A stretch of 64,000 nucleotides of DNA from Clostridia bacterium (GTDB taxonomy: Bacteria > Bacillota > Clostridia > JAAYHZ01): assembly GCA_050950825.1 (NCBI GenBank), contig JBMNIH010000011.1:32001-96000 (forward strand). Reading direction: 5' to 3'. This document shows positions 48,516 to 56,737 of the stretch, piece by piece. How positions within the stretch are numbered: the first letter of the stretch is position 1; the number at the start of each line of letters is the position of its first letter. Made by a program: the position numbers and the translations under genes. Below the pieces are notes generated by a model that had not been told where the DNA came from, made no database searches, and worked only from the letters and a program-made list of their open reading frames with translations.

Positions 48516-51008
48516 TTACAAAATCAAAAGAAATCCTGTTTCTTCGAAGAAATCCTTTTGTACGGCCATTTTAACCTCTTCCGGAGCCGACACGTTTTTT
48601 ACCTTCACTCCGCCTTCGCTTTTGTGGAAAGAGATTTTTCCGTAGTCCTTTACGCCGTGATCTTCCAAAATCTTTCTTGCAAGCATCGTCAGCTCGAAAT
48701 CGTTGGTAGAAGGGTTTACCGACAAAGGCCATCCGATGGCACGGGACAATTCTTTCATCTCTTTTTCATAACGTTCGCCGATCTTCGGGGTAATGAAGGA
48801 CAGTTCGATGGTTTTTCCCTCTTTGCTTATCTTAACGCTTTTTTTGTAAGGCTTATGCTTTTTGTCCTGAAAAAACAGATCGATAGCCGTCATGGCTCTG
48901 TTTTGCTCCAGGGGTTCTTCGGCCTTTGCTCCGTTCAATACGTTTATGGGAACGGATAAGCCTTTTTCTTCCTCCAGCTTCAAAGGCAATCCGGTTAACT
49001 CGAAAAATCGGTTTTCGATTTCTTCTTTTTTCTCCGTTTTGCTTGTTTTCACGGCAAAGGTATCCGTTTCTTGGTAGTGGGATATCTTCCCCGGAGCCAA
49101 ACCGTACCGCTCCAAAAGCACGGTGATTAATTTTTTCGCCGCATTGGTGTTGCACTGTTCGTTAACTTCCACGGACCAGCCGGTTTTTTCTTCGAATTCC
49201 TTTATCAAATGCCCGTACCTTTCCTTGGCCATTTTAGGATAATCAAAGCTTAAAAGGGCGATTTTCTCTTCGTACCTTGCTCCTTTTTTCGACAGCCCCG
49301 CTTCCTTCGGGAAAAACTCATCGGCAAAGCGAAGCATTTCGTTGATTTCCATGATGCCGTCGTTAACGCTCTCCATAAGCTCGTCCTCCGTTGCCGGAAG
49401 GAAGATGTAGGTTCTTTTAAAGTCGTGTTTGAAATATCGGGTACCGTTCAAAAGCCGGTTCAGCTCTTCCGCTTGTTCTTCCTTCGGGTCTTCCCCGTAC
49501 CAAAGGTAATGAATTTCTTCCACGGTGAATCCTTTATATGGATTCGGAAGAGAAAGAATGTATTCTCGCAATATCGGTATGTTTTCTTCCGTTAAGGGAT
49601 CCGGTCTTCCCATGGAGGCCGGTTTTTCTTTTTGTATTTGCTTTCGGGGATTCCGAATATTCATATCGAATACTTCCCCGTTGGAAGGAACGATGATTTG
49701 GGCATAGATATTCTTGGCTACGTCGCCTGCCAATTCCCGGATCACGCTTGCTTCTCCGTGGTTAAAGAAAATTCTTCTCGGCGCCAATCTTTCTACCAAG
49801 GCGGTGATTTGGGACTTGTCGGCATGGGCGGACAACCCGTATTTCCCTACGCCGCATTTGACCTCGTAATGGACGCCGTCGATGGTAATGACCTTTTCTT
49901 CTTGGTCCTTGGCCTCCGCCAAAGCCAAAAGGCTTCTTCCGGGCGCTTCCTCGTCTTGGTATCCGGTAATGGCGATAAAATTGTTTTCCTTTGTGAACAA
50001 GGCCTTGGCGTAATCTTGGCTGGGTCCACCTGTTAACATCCCGGAGCTGGATACAATACAGCAAGGCTCGGAGGACTCCAAGATTTGCTTTCGCATTTCA
50101 TGGTCCGTAACCTTTCGAAAATTGTCGTCGGTAAAGATACGGCTTCCTCTTAATACTTTTTTAGCATGGATGCTTCGCAGGTAGTTGGGATTGTTTTCGT
50201 AAATGGTGCAGACATCCTTCACCATTCCGTCTATGTACACCGGGATTTCGGGAAGCTCGTTTTTATTCATGGCTCTTTTCAAGATAAGGATCACTTCTTG
50301 GGCTCTTCCTAAGGCAAAGGCGGGAATCAATATTTTGCCCTTATCTTCGATTGTTTTTCTTACGGTTTCCACAAGCCTCTTCTCTTCGTTTTGCCTGTTG
50401 GAATGAAGGCGATCCCCGTAAGTGGATTCGAAAACGGCAACATCCGGCCGAAGCTTCGGGATGGCGGCTCCCTCCACCGTCAATTGGGGCGTTACGGAAA
50501 AGTCCCCGCTGTAAAAGAAGGAGCCTTCCTTGGAGGTTATGTAAACGGATGCGGCTCCGAGAATATGACCGGCATTAAAAAACATCGCCTTGATATCGTC
50601 GGTTATCCGGATTTCATTGCCGGGATTATAGCAAAGGATTCGGTTCAGCATGCTTACCACGTGGCCTTCGGAAAAGACCGGTATTTCCGCTTCTTGCTTT
50701 TCCATGATCTTTAAGCTGTCGTAAAGCAAAACCCGTATCAAATCCTTTGTGGCAAAGGTACAGAAAATGGGTGCATCCGGATACTCGCGGCTTATAACGG
50801 GCAGCGCACCGATATGGTCCATATGGGCATGGCTTACAAAGATCCCGTTGATACCTCCGTTTTCTTGGATAATACGAAAATCCGGTAAATTGTCCTTTGC
50901 CTTGGTCATTCTCATACCGCAATCAAAAAGAAAATTTTTGCCGTCGATTTGAAAAAACAAACAGCTTGCGCCGACTTCTTCGGCTCCGCCGCAAAAAATG
51001 AGCTTCAT
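48516..51008 (-). CDS. MBL-fold beta-CASP ribonuclease (CPSF73-like) with long C-terminal extension
   Basis: GGAEEVGASC, DCG, HAHMDH, AGHILG, SGD, ESTYG, GRAQE, SAHAD, HGE; GGGAGG RBS before ATG 51008. Confidence 0.88.
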   Translation of the reverse strand: MKLIFCGGAEEVGASCLFFQIDGKNFLFDCGMRMTKAKDNLPDFRIIQENGGINGIFVSHAHMDHIGALPVISREYPDAPIFCTFATKDLIRVLLYDSLKIMEKQEAEIPVFSEGHVVSMLNRILCYNPGNEIRITDDIKAMFFNAGHILGAASVYITSKEGSFFYSGDFSVTPQLTVEGAAIPKLRPDVAVFESTYGDRLHSNRQNEEKRLVETVRKTIEDKGKILIPAFALGRAQEVILILKRAMNKNELPEIPVYIDGMVKDVCTIYENNPNYLRSIHAKKVLRGSRIFTDDNFRKVTDHEMRKQILESSEPCCIVSSSGMLTGGPSQDYAKALFTKENNFIAITGYQDEEAPGRSLLALAEAKDQEEKVITIDGVHYEVKCGVGKYGLSAHADKSQITALVERLAPRRIFFNHGEASVIRELAGDVAKNIYAQIIVPSNGEVFDMNIRNPRKQIQKEKPASMGRPDPLTEENIPILREYILSLPNPYKGFTVEEIHYLWYGEDPKEEQAEELNRLLNGTRYFKHDFKRTYIFLPATEDELMESVNDGIMEINEMLRFADEFFPKEAGLSKKGARYEEKIALLSFDYPKMAKERYGHLIKEFEEKTGWSVEVNEQCNTNAAKKLITVLLERYGLAPGKISHYQETDTFAVKTSKTEKKEEIENRFFELTGLPLKLEEEKGLSVPINVLNGAKAEEPLEQNRAMTAIDLFFQDKKHKPYKKSVKISKEGKTIELSFITPKIGERYEKEMKELSRAIGWPLSVNPSTNDFELTMLARKILEDHGVKDYGKISFHKSEGGVKVKNVSAPEEVKMAVQKDFFEETGFLLIL

Positions 51009-51305
51009 CCGTATCCTCCCGTTTCCGTTTTGTCTGTTAATAAAATCGTTTTTCGTTTTAATTAGTATATCATAAAAAAGGGATATCTCGCTGCAGGCAT
51101 ACAAAAACGATAGCGTCAATATACATTCGGAAATAAAAAGAGAGAGTTCACCCTTATGATAAGATTAAATCTTGTCTGTATCATATATCATTTCCATCAA
51201 TTTTTCCACATTTGTTTTTTTAATTGATTATTACACATCACCCTATTTAAGAATTCATGAAGACAATAGCAAATGCACAAGTAAAGTACTCATTTATTCC
51301 ACGGT

Positions 51306-51441
51306 TCGCTTTACGACGAGCCTCTGCCGGCATGTTTAGTGGCCTCTGCGGCATCTTCCTACAGGGTGAAGCCGGATACGGCTTTGTGTGTTTGATGCCA
51401 GGCAGACAAGCCTAACATGCCGTCTACTCATCGTAAAGCGA
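51306..51441 (-). ncRNA. Candidate multi-stem structured RNA in the ISLre2 3' region
   Basis: Nested stems 51306-20/51427-41, 51328-36/51414-22, 51350-55/51394-99 and hairpin 51369-84. Confidence 0.5.
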
Positions 51442-51499
51442 CTTTCGCGGCATAAAGCCTACCGTCACACGGTTACAAAGTCATAGCGGTTCAAGCTGC

Positions 51500-52993
51500 T
51501 TATGCGTCCCAAGCCAGTGTGGTCATATTCTTTAGCCACTTCATACTGCTCCTTTCCAAACCATGTATGTGACGTCTGGTATCTTCCGCATACGTCCATT
51601 TTGAATGTCTTCTTCTCAGATCTCTTATCAATTCTTCTTGTGCTTCACGCCTTTCCTTTTGCTTTTTTCGTTGTTTTTGATATTTTAGCAAGTCAAGAAT
51701 CTTACCGCCGTTTCTTTTGTACGCTCTGAGCCTTGCCATGCGGTCGCAACCCAATTCGCTCCATCCCATTGGTCTGCTGCTCATTCTTGCCGACAATACA
51801 TGGCTTATTTGCCCTTCTATGCAATATGTCCAGCCGCTTGTTTCTTCCACTCGGGTTTTTATCCCTTGCCAATGATTTAGAAAATATCTTAACGCATCTT
51901 CCACTTCTTGCTTCTTGTTTTCACTTTCCGTAACCTTCAGGATCTGCTCATAGATATTCTTCAATTCCTTTTTGTCCAAACGATTCAAGGCTCCCCAAAT
52001 CCAGTCTTTCACCTCGTCCGCGCTATCGTAAAGATGCGCCACTGACCTGTTTATATATTTCATCATATGGTATTTATCAAGGACATATTTGCTGTTCTCC
52101 AAATATTCGCATCCTTTTTTTATCCACGAAGCTCCGTCTCCGACTACGTATATTCTCTCAAGATAGTCCGTATCGTATGTTTTTTCTATGTATTCGGCAA
52201 CCTCCATCCAAAGCTTTTCGTTGCCTTTGCCACCCTCGTAAATACCGCAAAAGTATTTTTTTCCGATCAGCTTATATCTGGGATTCTTGGATGCTTCCCC
52301 CGATTCATTGATAATATCCTCGAATACACAAACAAGCTTAGGCATCAGGGTATTAATCTTATGGCCCCTCGCATCTCGCTTCAAATCGCCCTTTTCATTC
52401 CAAAACTGTGCCGCCACATGATCTTCATCGGCTATGACATGAAGCCTTTTTATCTTCTTCTTTCCTTCCGGTTCCGGCATCGGCATGTCCGCCTCAATCT
52501 CATGTACCAGATCCATCACGGCTTGTTTGCTAATGCCTTCTTCCGCTTTTATGCTTGCATTCTCTCCGCCTTTGCGGTAACTGCTGTCTATACTTTCTTC
52601 CAAGGCTCTCGCAGCTGCGCCTAGCGTTACCTTCTGGTGCGGTTCAAATCCGAGCACCTGATCCAAAAGATATACATACTCACCCGTTCCTTTCGCACAA
52701 TATCCGGTTCGGCAGAATTCAACCTTACCCATGACATCTACGATGGTTTTCTTTTTGTTCCTGTGCTCGACATTCCAATACTTTTTTCTCACGCTGCTTT
52801 CTCGTATATCGTTATCAGCTTTCTCGTACAAATCCGCTATAAGGCTGACCGCTAACGTTGACGTAACTTTATTAACGAGTGCAGTCAAATCATCGGCATC
52901 TTTTTTACCTGCCAGAATATCACCCATCATTTTTTCAATTTCGACTAACCCATTTTCAATAAAATGTAGTATACTTTTATACATAGAGGACAC
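51500..52993 (-). CDS. ISLre2/UPF0236 DDE transposase
   Basis: ADEDH, GDGASWIK, LDKYH, EGQISHVLSARMSSRPMGWS. Confidence 0.9.
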   Translation of the reverse strand: MSSMYKSILHFIENGLVEIEKMMGDILAGKKDADDLTALVNKVTSTLAVSLIADLYEKADNDIRESSVRKKYWNVEHRNKKKTIVDVMGKVEFCRTGYCAKGTGEYVYLLDQVLGFEPHQKVTLGAAARALEESIDSSYRKGGENASIKAEEGISKQAVMDLVHEIEADMPMPEPEGKKKIKRLHVIADEDHVAAQFWNEKGDLKRDARGHKINTLMPKLVCVFEDIINESGEASKNPRYKLIGKKYFCGIYEGGKGNEKLWMEVAEYIEKTYDTDYLERIYVVGDGASWIKKGCEYLENSKYVLDKYHMMKYINRSVAHLYDSADEVKDWIWGALNRLDKKELKNIYEQILKVTESENKKQEVEDALRYFLNHWQGIKTRVEETSGWTYCIEGQISHVLSARMSSRPMGWSELGCDRMARLRAYKRNGGKILDLLKYQKQRKKQKERREAQEELIRDLRRRHSKWTYAEDTRRHIHGLERSSMKWLKNMTTLAWDA

Positions 52994-53102
52994 CTTCCTT
53001 TGTGATTTTTTGTTTTGGAAATTTAATCATATCACAATCGGGGTCCTCTTTCTATTTGTTATATTCCTCCATTGATTATTATCCGAAACTTACTTTACGC
53101 TA

Positions 53103-54352
53103 ATCGGCCTGCGTGAAAATTTATCCTTTGGGGAGATTGCAAAACGACTCGGCAAAGACCGTTCCACCATTTCCAGAGAATTCAGGAAGTATGCTGATAT
53201 CGAAAAGTCCGGCTACGGAGCAGCCGGTTACAACGCCTGTTTTCATCGTCCGAATTGCACGAAAAGCCACGTTTGCAAAGGTGATTGCGGGCGGCAGTCG
53301 GTTAAATACTGCAAGCTGTGCGGCCGATGTAATGATTTTTGTTCGGATTTTGAGGAACAAACCTGTATCATCCGCATGAAACCGCCCTATGTCTGCAACG
53401 GTTGTGAGGAGCGAAACCGCTGTACTCTTGAAAAAACTTTGTACAGCGCAATATCGACACAGAAAGCAGCAGCCAGGAATATTTCTGAGTCTCGCCGTGG
53501 AGTGCTGTCCACTGAGCAGGAATTGACTGTGCTTAACGAATTGGTAACACCGTTGATTTTGCAAGGTCTTTCGGTTCATCAAATATATGCCAACAATGTG
53601 GACAGTATGATGTGCAGTGAAAAGACACTGTATAACTATATGACTGTGGATTCTTTGATGCCCGGAACATTGATTTACCACGAAAAGTCAGGTATCGTCC
53701 ACGCAAGAAAAAGAAAGAGTTCAAAGTGGACAAGGGCTGTTACATAGGGCGTAACTATCCGGATTACCAGTTATTTATGGTAAAAAATCCGGAATACCAC
53801 ACCGTGCAAATGGATTCCGTTATCGGTGCAGTCGGAGGGAAAGTCTTGCTGACGATTCATTTTCCGGATACCGGTTTTATTCTTGCATTCCTGCGAATCT
53901 CCAATACATCCCAATCGGTCATTGATGTTTTCGATAGGCTGTACATTACGCTCGGGAGAAAACTGTTTGAAAGATTATTTCCGGTGCTACTCACCGACAG
54001 AGGTTCTGAGTTTTCTAATCCGGCTGCTTTGGAACGGTCGCCAGACGGAATCCTGCGAGCCCATGTCTTCTACTGCGACCCGAACGCACCATTTCAAAAG
54101 GGTTCGCTTGAGGTCAATCACGAGTTGATTCGCCGGATTTTGCCGAAAGGCACGAGCTTTGACAACTTGGAACAGGCTGACATTGACCGGATGATGAACC
54201 ATATTAATTCCTACAAGCGTAAAAAGTTGAACAACAAAACTCCCTTTGAAGCCTTTGAATTTTATTATGGGAAAGAGCTTTTTGGAAAACTCTGTTATGA
54301 GCAAATTCCGTCTAACAATATTATTTTAACGCCAAAACTGTTAAAACGATAA
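53103..54352 (+). pseudogene. IS30-family transposase, 5'-truncated and frameshifted
   Basis: EIAKRLGKDRSTISRE HTH, Cys-rich segment, MDSVIG, TDRGSEF, QKGSLEVNHELIRRILPKG; frame breaks near 53127, 53640 and 53715. Confidence 0.9.
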
Positions 54353-54494
54353 TCAAAAAAACATTTGAATTTATGGGCCGGGATATTTGAAACATCTTGT
54401 GGTTTTGGGGTTGCGTTTTGTATTGCCAAAATTTTGCTGTAGTCGTTACCTCTATTTTAACATGCTCATTTCTTACGATTGATTAACAAAATCT

Positions 54495-54612
54495 ATTGCA
54501 TTACGTTTGCAAATCGTGCGTTTCGATTACATATGTTGCATTTCATTTACGAATTGGGTTTTTGACTTTGCAAATTTGCGTTTCGTTTGCAATTGTTGCG
54601 ATTCGTCTTTTA
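54495..54612 (+). repeat. Six degenerate ~20-bp tandem repeats at the IS30 right end
   Basis: Consensus GTTGCRTTTCGTTTGCAAAT; units start at 54495, 54515, 54535, 54555, 54576, 54595. Confidence 0.75.
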
Positions 54613-54719
54613 AATGTGACATTATGTTTTACAATTAAGCAATATATTCGATGAGGTAAGGCGTGCAATTTTCGTCATCCAACCGAAAAACGACATGAAA
54701 GGTATATAATCGATTCCAA

Positions 54720-54836
54720 AAATCATGAGACATGGGATAATAGCCCGCTTTAACCGTGGCAACCATGAACAATTGCTTAGGAGTGACCGCAACTTTCAGC
54801 CCGGTGCAAAAAGGGCTTTATGCAACCATGTATGAA
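54720..54836 (+). ncRNA. Candidate rod-shaped ncRNA (6S/SsrS-like; strand not certain)
   Basis: Nested stems ACATGG/CCATGT, AGCCC/GGGCT, ACCG/CGGT, TGAA/TTCA, TTGC/GCAA; TATAAT at 54705; terminator downstream. Confidence 0.5.
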
Positions 54837-54858
54837 AAACAAAGCAAAGCATACACAT

Positions 54859-54896
54859 AAAAACAGTGTAAGAGACGGATCCCCTACACTGTTTTT
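54859..54896. terminator. Bidirectional terminator
   Basis: AAAAACAGTGTA/TACACTGTTTTT. Confidence 0.8.
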
Positions 54897-54917
54897 CTAC
54901 GGTTACCGCTATATATT

Positions 54918-56105
54918 TTATTCATCCTTCATTTTTTTCAAAATCTTCGAGCAAAGAAGCAGGGCTCTCGGTAAATGGAAGGGTCCTTTCCATAAGGAGC
55001 CTTTCAATGTGTTGGACACGGTTCCGTCGCGGTGAAGATATCCGAACCATTCCCCGTATTCCTTGTCCGCAAACCGGTCGAAGGAGTATTCGTGGATTTT
55101 GTTAAACCAATCCGCATATTTCGGATCCTTCGTAATATCGTATGCAAGAAGGAGGGCATATAGAGCTTCCGTATGAGGCCACCACAGCTTCATATCCCAT
55201 TCCAATTGCTCCGCAGGCTTTCCTTCGATGTCCACAAAGTACAAAATACCGCCGTACACCTTGTCCCAACCGATATCCAAGGACCAATCCAAAATTTCAA
55301 TAGCGCGGTCAATTAAGCTTTGATCGTTCCGGTACAGGCCTTCATGGATCAAAAACCACACGGTTTCAATGGAGTGTCCCGGATTGATGCATCTTCCTTG
55401 GGGCGAATCCAGTCTTTCTCCGTTTTCCCCTACGGTTTCGAAGAGGGCTTTTTCACCGGGCTTCACAAAATCACGAAAAATGGTATCGGTCATCTCTTTT
55501 GCAAGCTCGTCCAACAAGGGATCCTTGTCAACTTCCCTCAACACCTGAATGGTGGATAGCAAAATCATCGGTAAAGACAAGCCCTTGGTTCTTCTTGTTT
55601 TCGGATTGATTTTCGGAACGGTCTTCGAAGGATCCTTGTAAAGGTCCACGACTCTTAAGAAAGTATCCTTTGCCAATTTCAGCGCTTCCTCGTCGCCGGT
55701 GGCTTTATAGTATTCGGCGCAAGCGATAATGGCGAAGGTTTCGCTGAACATGTACCGTCTTTTTTGAAGAGGACGCCCGTCTCGGGTGACGGTGAAAAAC
55801 ATACGCTTGTCCTCGTCGTAGCAGTACTTTACAAGAAAATCGTACCCGAGCTGTGCCGCATCGAGCCATTCTTCTTTTTTCTCAACGTCGTTGTAAAGCT
55901 TGGAAAACATCCACGTGCCTCTTCCCTGAAACCATACGGACTTATCCGTGTTGTACACGTTCCCTTTCCTGTCCAAGCAGGTAAGGTATCCGCCGTACTC
56001 GCGGTCCAAAGCATGATTCATCCAAAAGGGGATGCAATTGTCGAGCAAAAAGGATTCGTAATGCTCGTACAAGTTCGTTAAGGTTTTCTTATCGATATGT
56101 ACCAC
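54918..56105 (-). CDS. AGE-family epimerase (N-acylglucosamine 2-epimerase-like)
   Basis: GGYLTCLDR.G, DKSVWFQGR, NPGHSIE..W, KLWWPHTEA, GEWFGYL, WKGPFHLPR. Confidence 0.92.
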   Translation of the reverse strand: MVHIDKKTLTNLYEHYESFLLDNCIPFWMNHALDREYGGYLTCLDRKGNVYNTDKSVWFQGRGTWMFSKLYNDVEKKEEWLDAAQLGYDFLVKYCYDEDKRMFFTVTRDGRPLQKRRYMFSETFAIIACAEYYKATGDEEALKLAKDTFLRVVDLYKDPSKTVPKINPKTRRTKGLSLPMILLSTIQVLREVDKDPLLDELAKEMTDTIFRDFVKPGEKALFETVGENGERLDSPQGRCINPGHSIETVWFLIHEGLYRNDQSLIDRAIEILDWSLDIGWDKVYGGILYFVDIEGKPAEQLEWDMKLWWPHTEALYALLLAYDITKDPKYADWFNKIHEYSFDRFADKEYGEWFGYLHRDGTVSNTLKGSLWKGPFHLPRALLLCSKILKKMKDE

Positions 56106-56305
56106 CTCTTTACTATACTTTTAATAACTTGGAATCAATACCTATCATACCGGATATATGAAAATAAGAAAATACGTTAATGTCACCGGGGAAAGAGAAT
56201 CCGGCTTGATCTTATATAAAAAAATAAAATAACCGACCGTTGTATGTGATAATATCGTTAAGTAAGAAAGCATTTGAAGACGTATTATGAAAAGGATGAA
56301 CCGTC

Positions 56306-56657
56306 ATGATAATCAAATTTCTCGGCATGAACATATCTTTAAAGGATCCGAAAAGGCTCGCTTTATTTTATCGGGATGTGTCGGGACTTCCCATGTTGAA
56401 TGAAAGCCCCGACTACGACGGTGTGACCTTTGGCAACAGTAACAAGGAGCCGGTTTTATGGATTTGGGATGAAAGCAAACGGGGCAGAGCAAACGAAGGT
56501 GCCGTATGCCGTGTATTTCATTGCGATGATCATGACAAAACCTACGAGGAGCTAAAGCAAAAGGGTGTTGACCTTGATTCCCCTAAAACAGCCGTATGGG
56601 GCGGAAAAAGAGCTTTATGTGAAGGATCCGGACGGAAATACCGTTTTGATTCTGTAG
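56306..56657 (+). pseudogene. VOC/glyoxalase-family protein with a +1 frameshift near the 3' end
   Basis: Removing one A from 56605-56609 restores WGGKELYVKDPDGNTVLIL*. Confidence 0.75.
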
Positions 56658-56737
56658 GCTTCACAAAGAGCCTCATGGGATACATATAAAAATCTTAGGG
56701 AAAGGATGCATGGATTTTAAAAACATGCGAGGAACTT

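Larger units (their letters stand above)
51111..53102 (-). mobile_element. ISLre2-family insertion sequence
   Basis: Imperfect terminal IRs TAGCGTCAATATACATTCGGAAATAA and TAGCGTAAAGTAAGTTTCGGATAATAA enclosing the transposase; no target duplication seen. Confidence 0.8.

Noticed and set aside
48507-48521. Crp/Fnr-type GTAAC..GTCAC site before the ferredoxin genes
   Set aside because: The spacer is 3 nt rather than 4 and the site overlaps the upstream stop codon; too weak
54495-54612. Repeat array as a CRISPR
   Set aside because: Units are contiguous and degenerate, with no spacers and no cas genes
54721-54820. SAM-I riboswitch (ATC..GAG..GGCAACC..GGTGC)
   Set aside because: Lacks the kink-turn/pseudoknot and P1 closure, and no same-strand gene lies downstream
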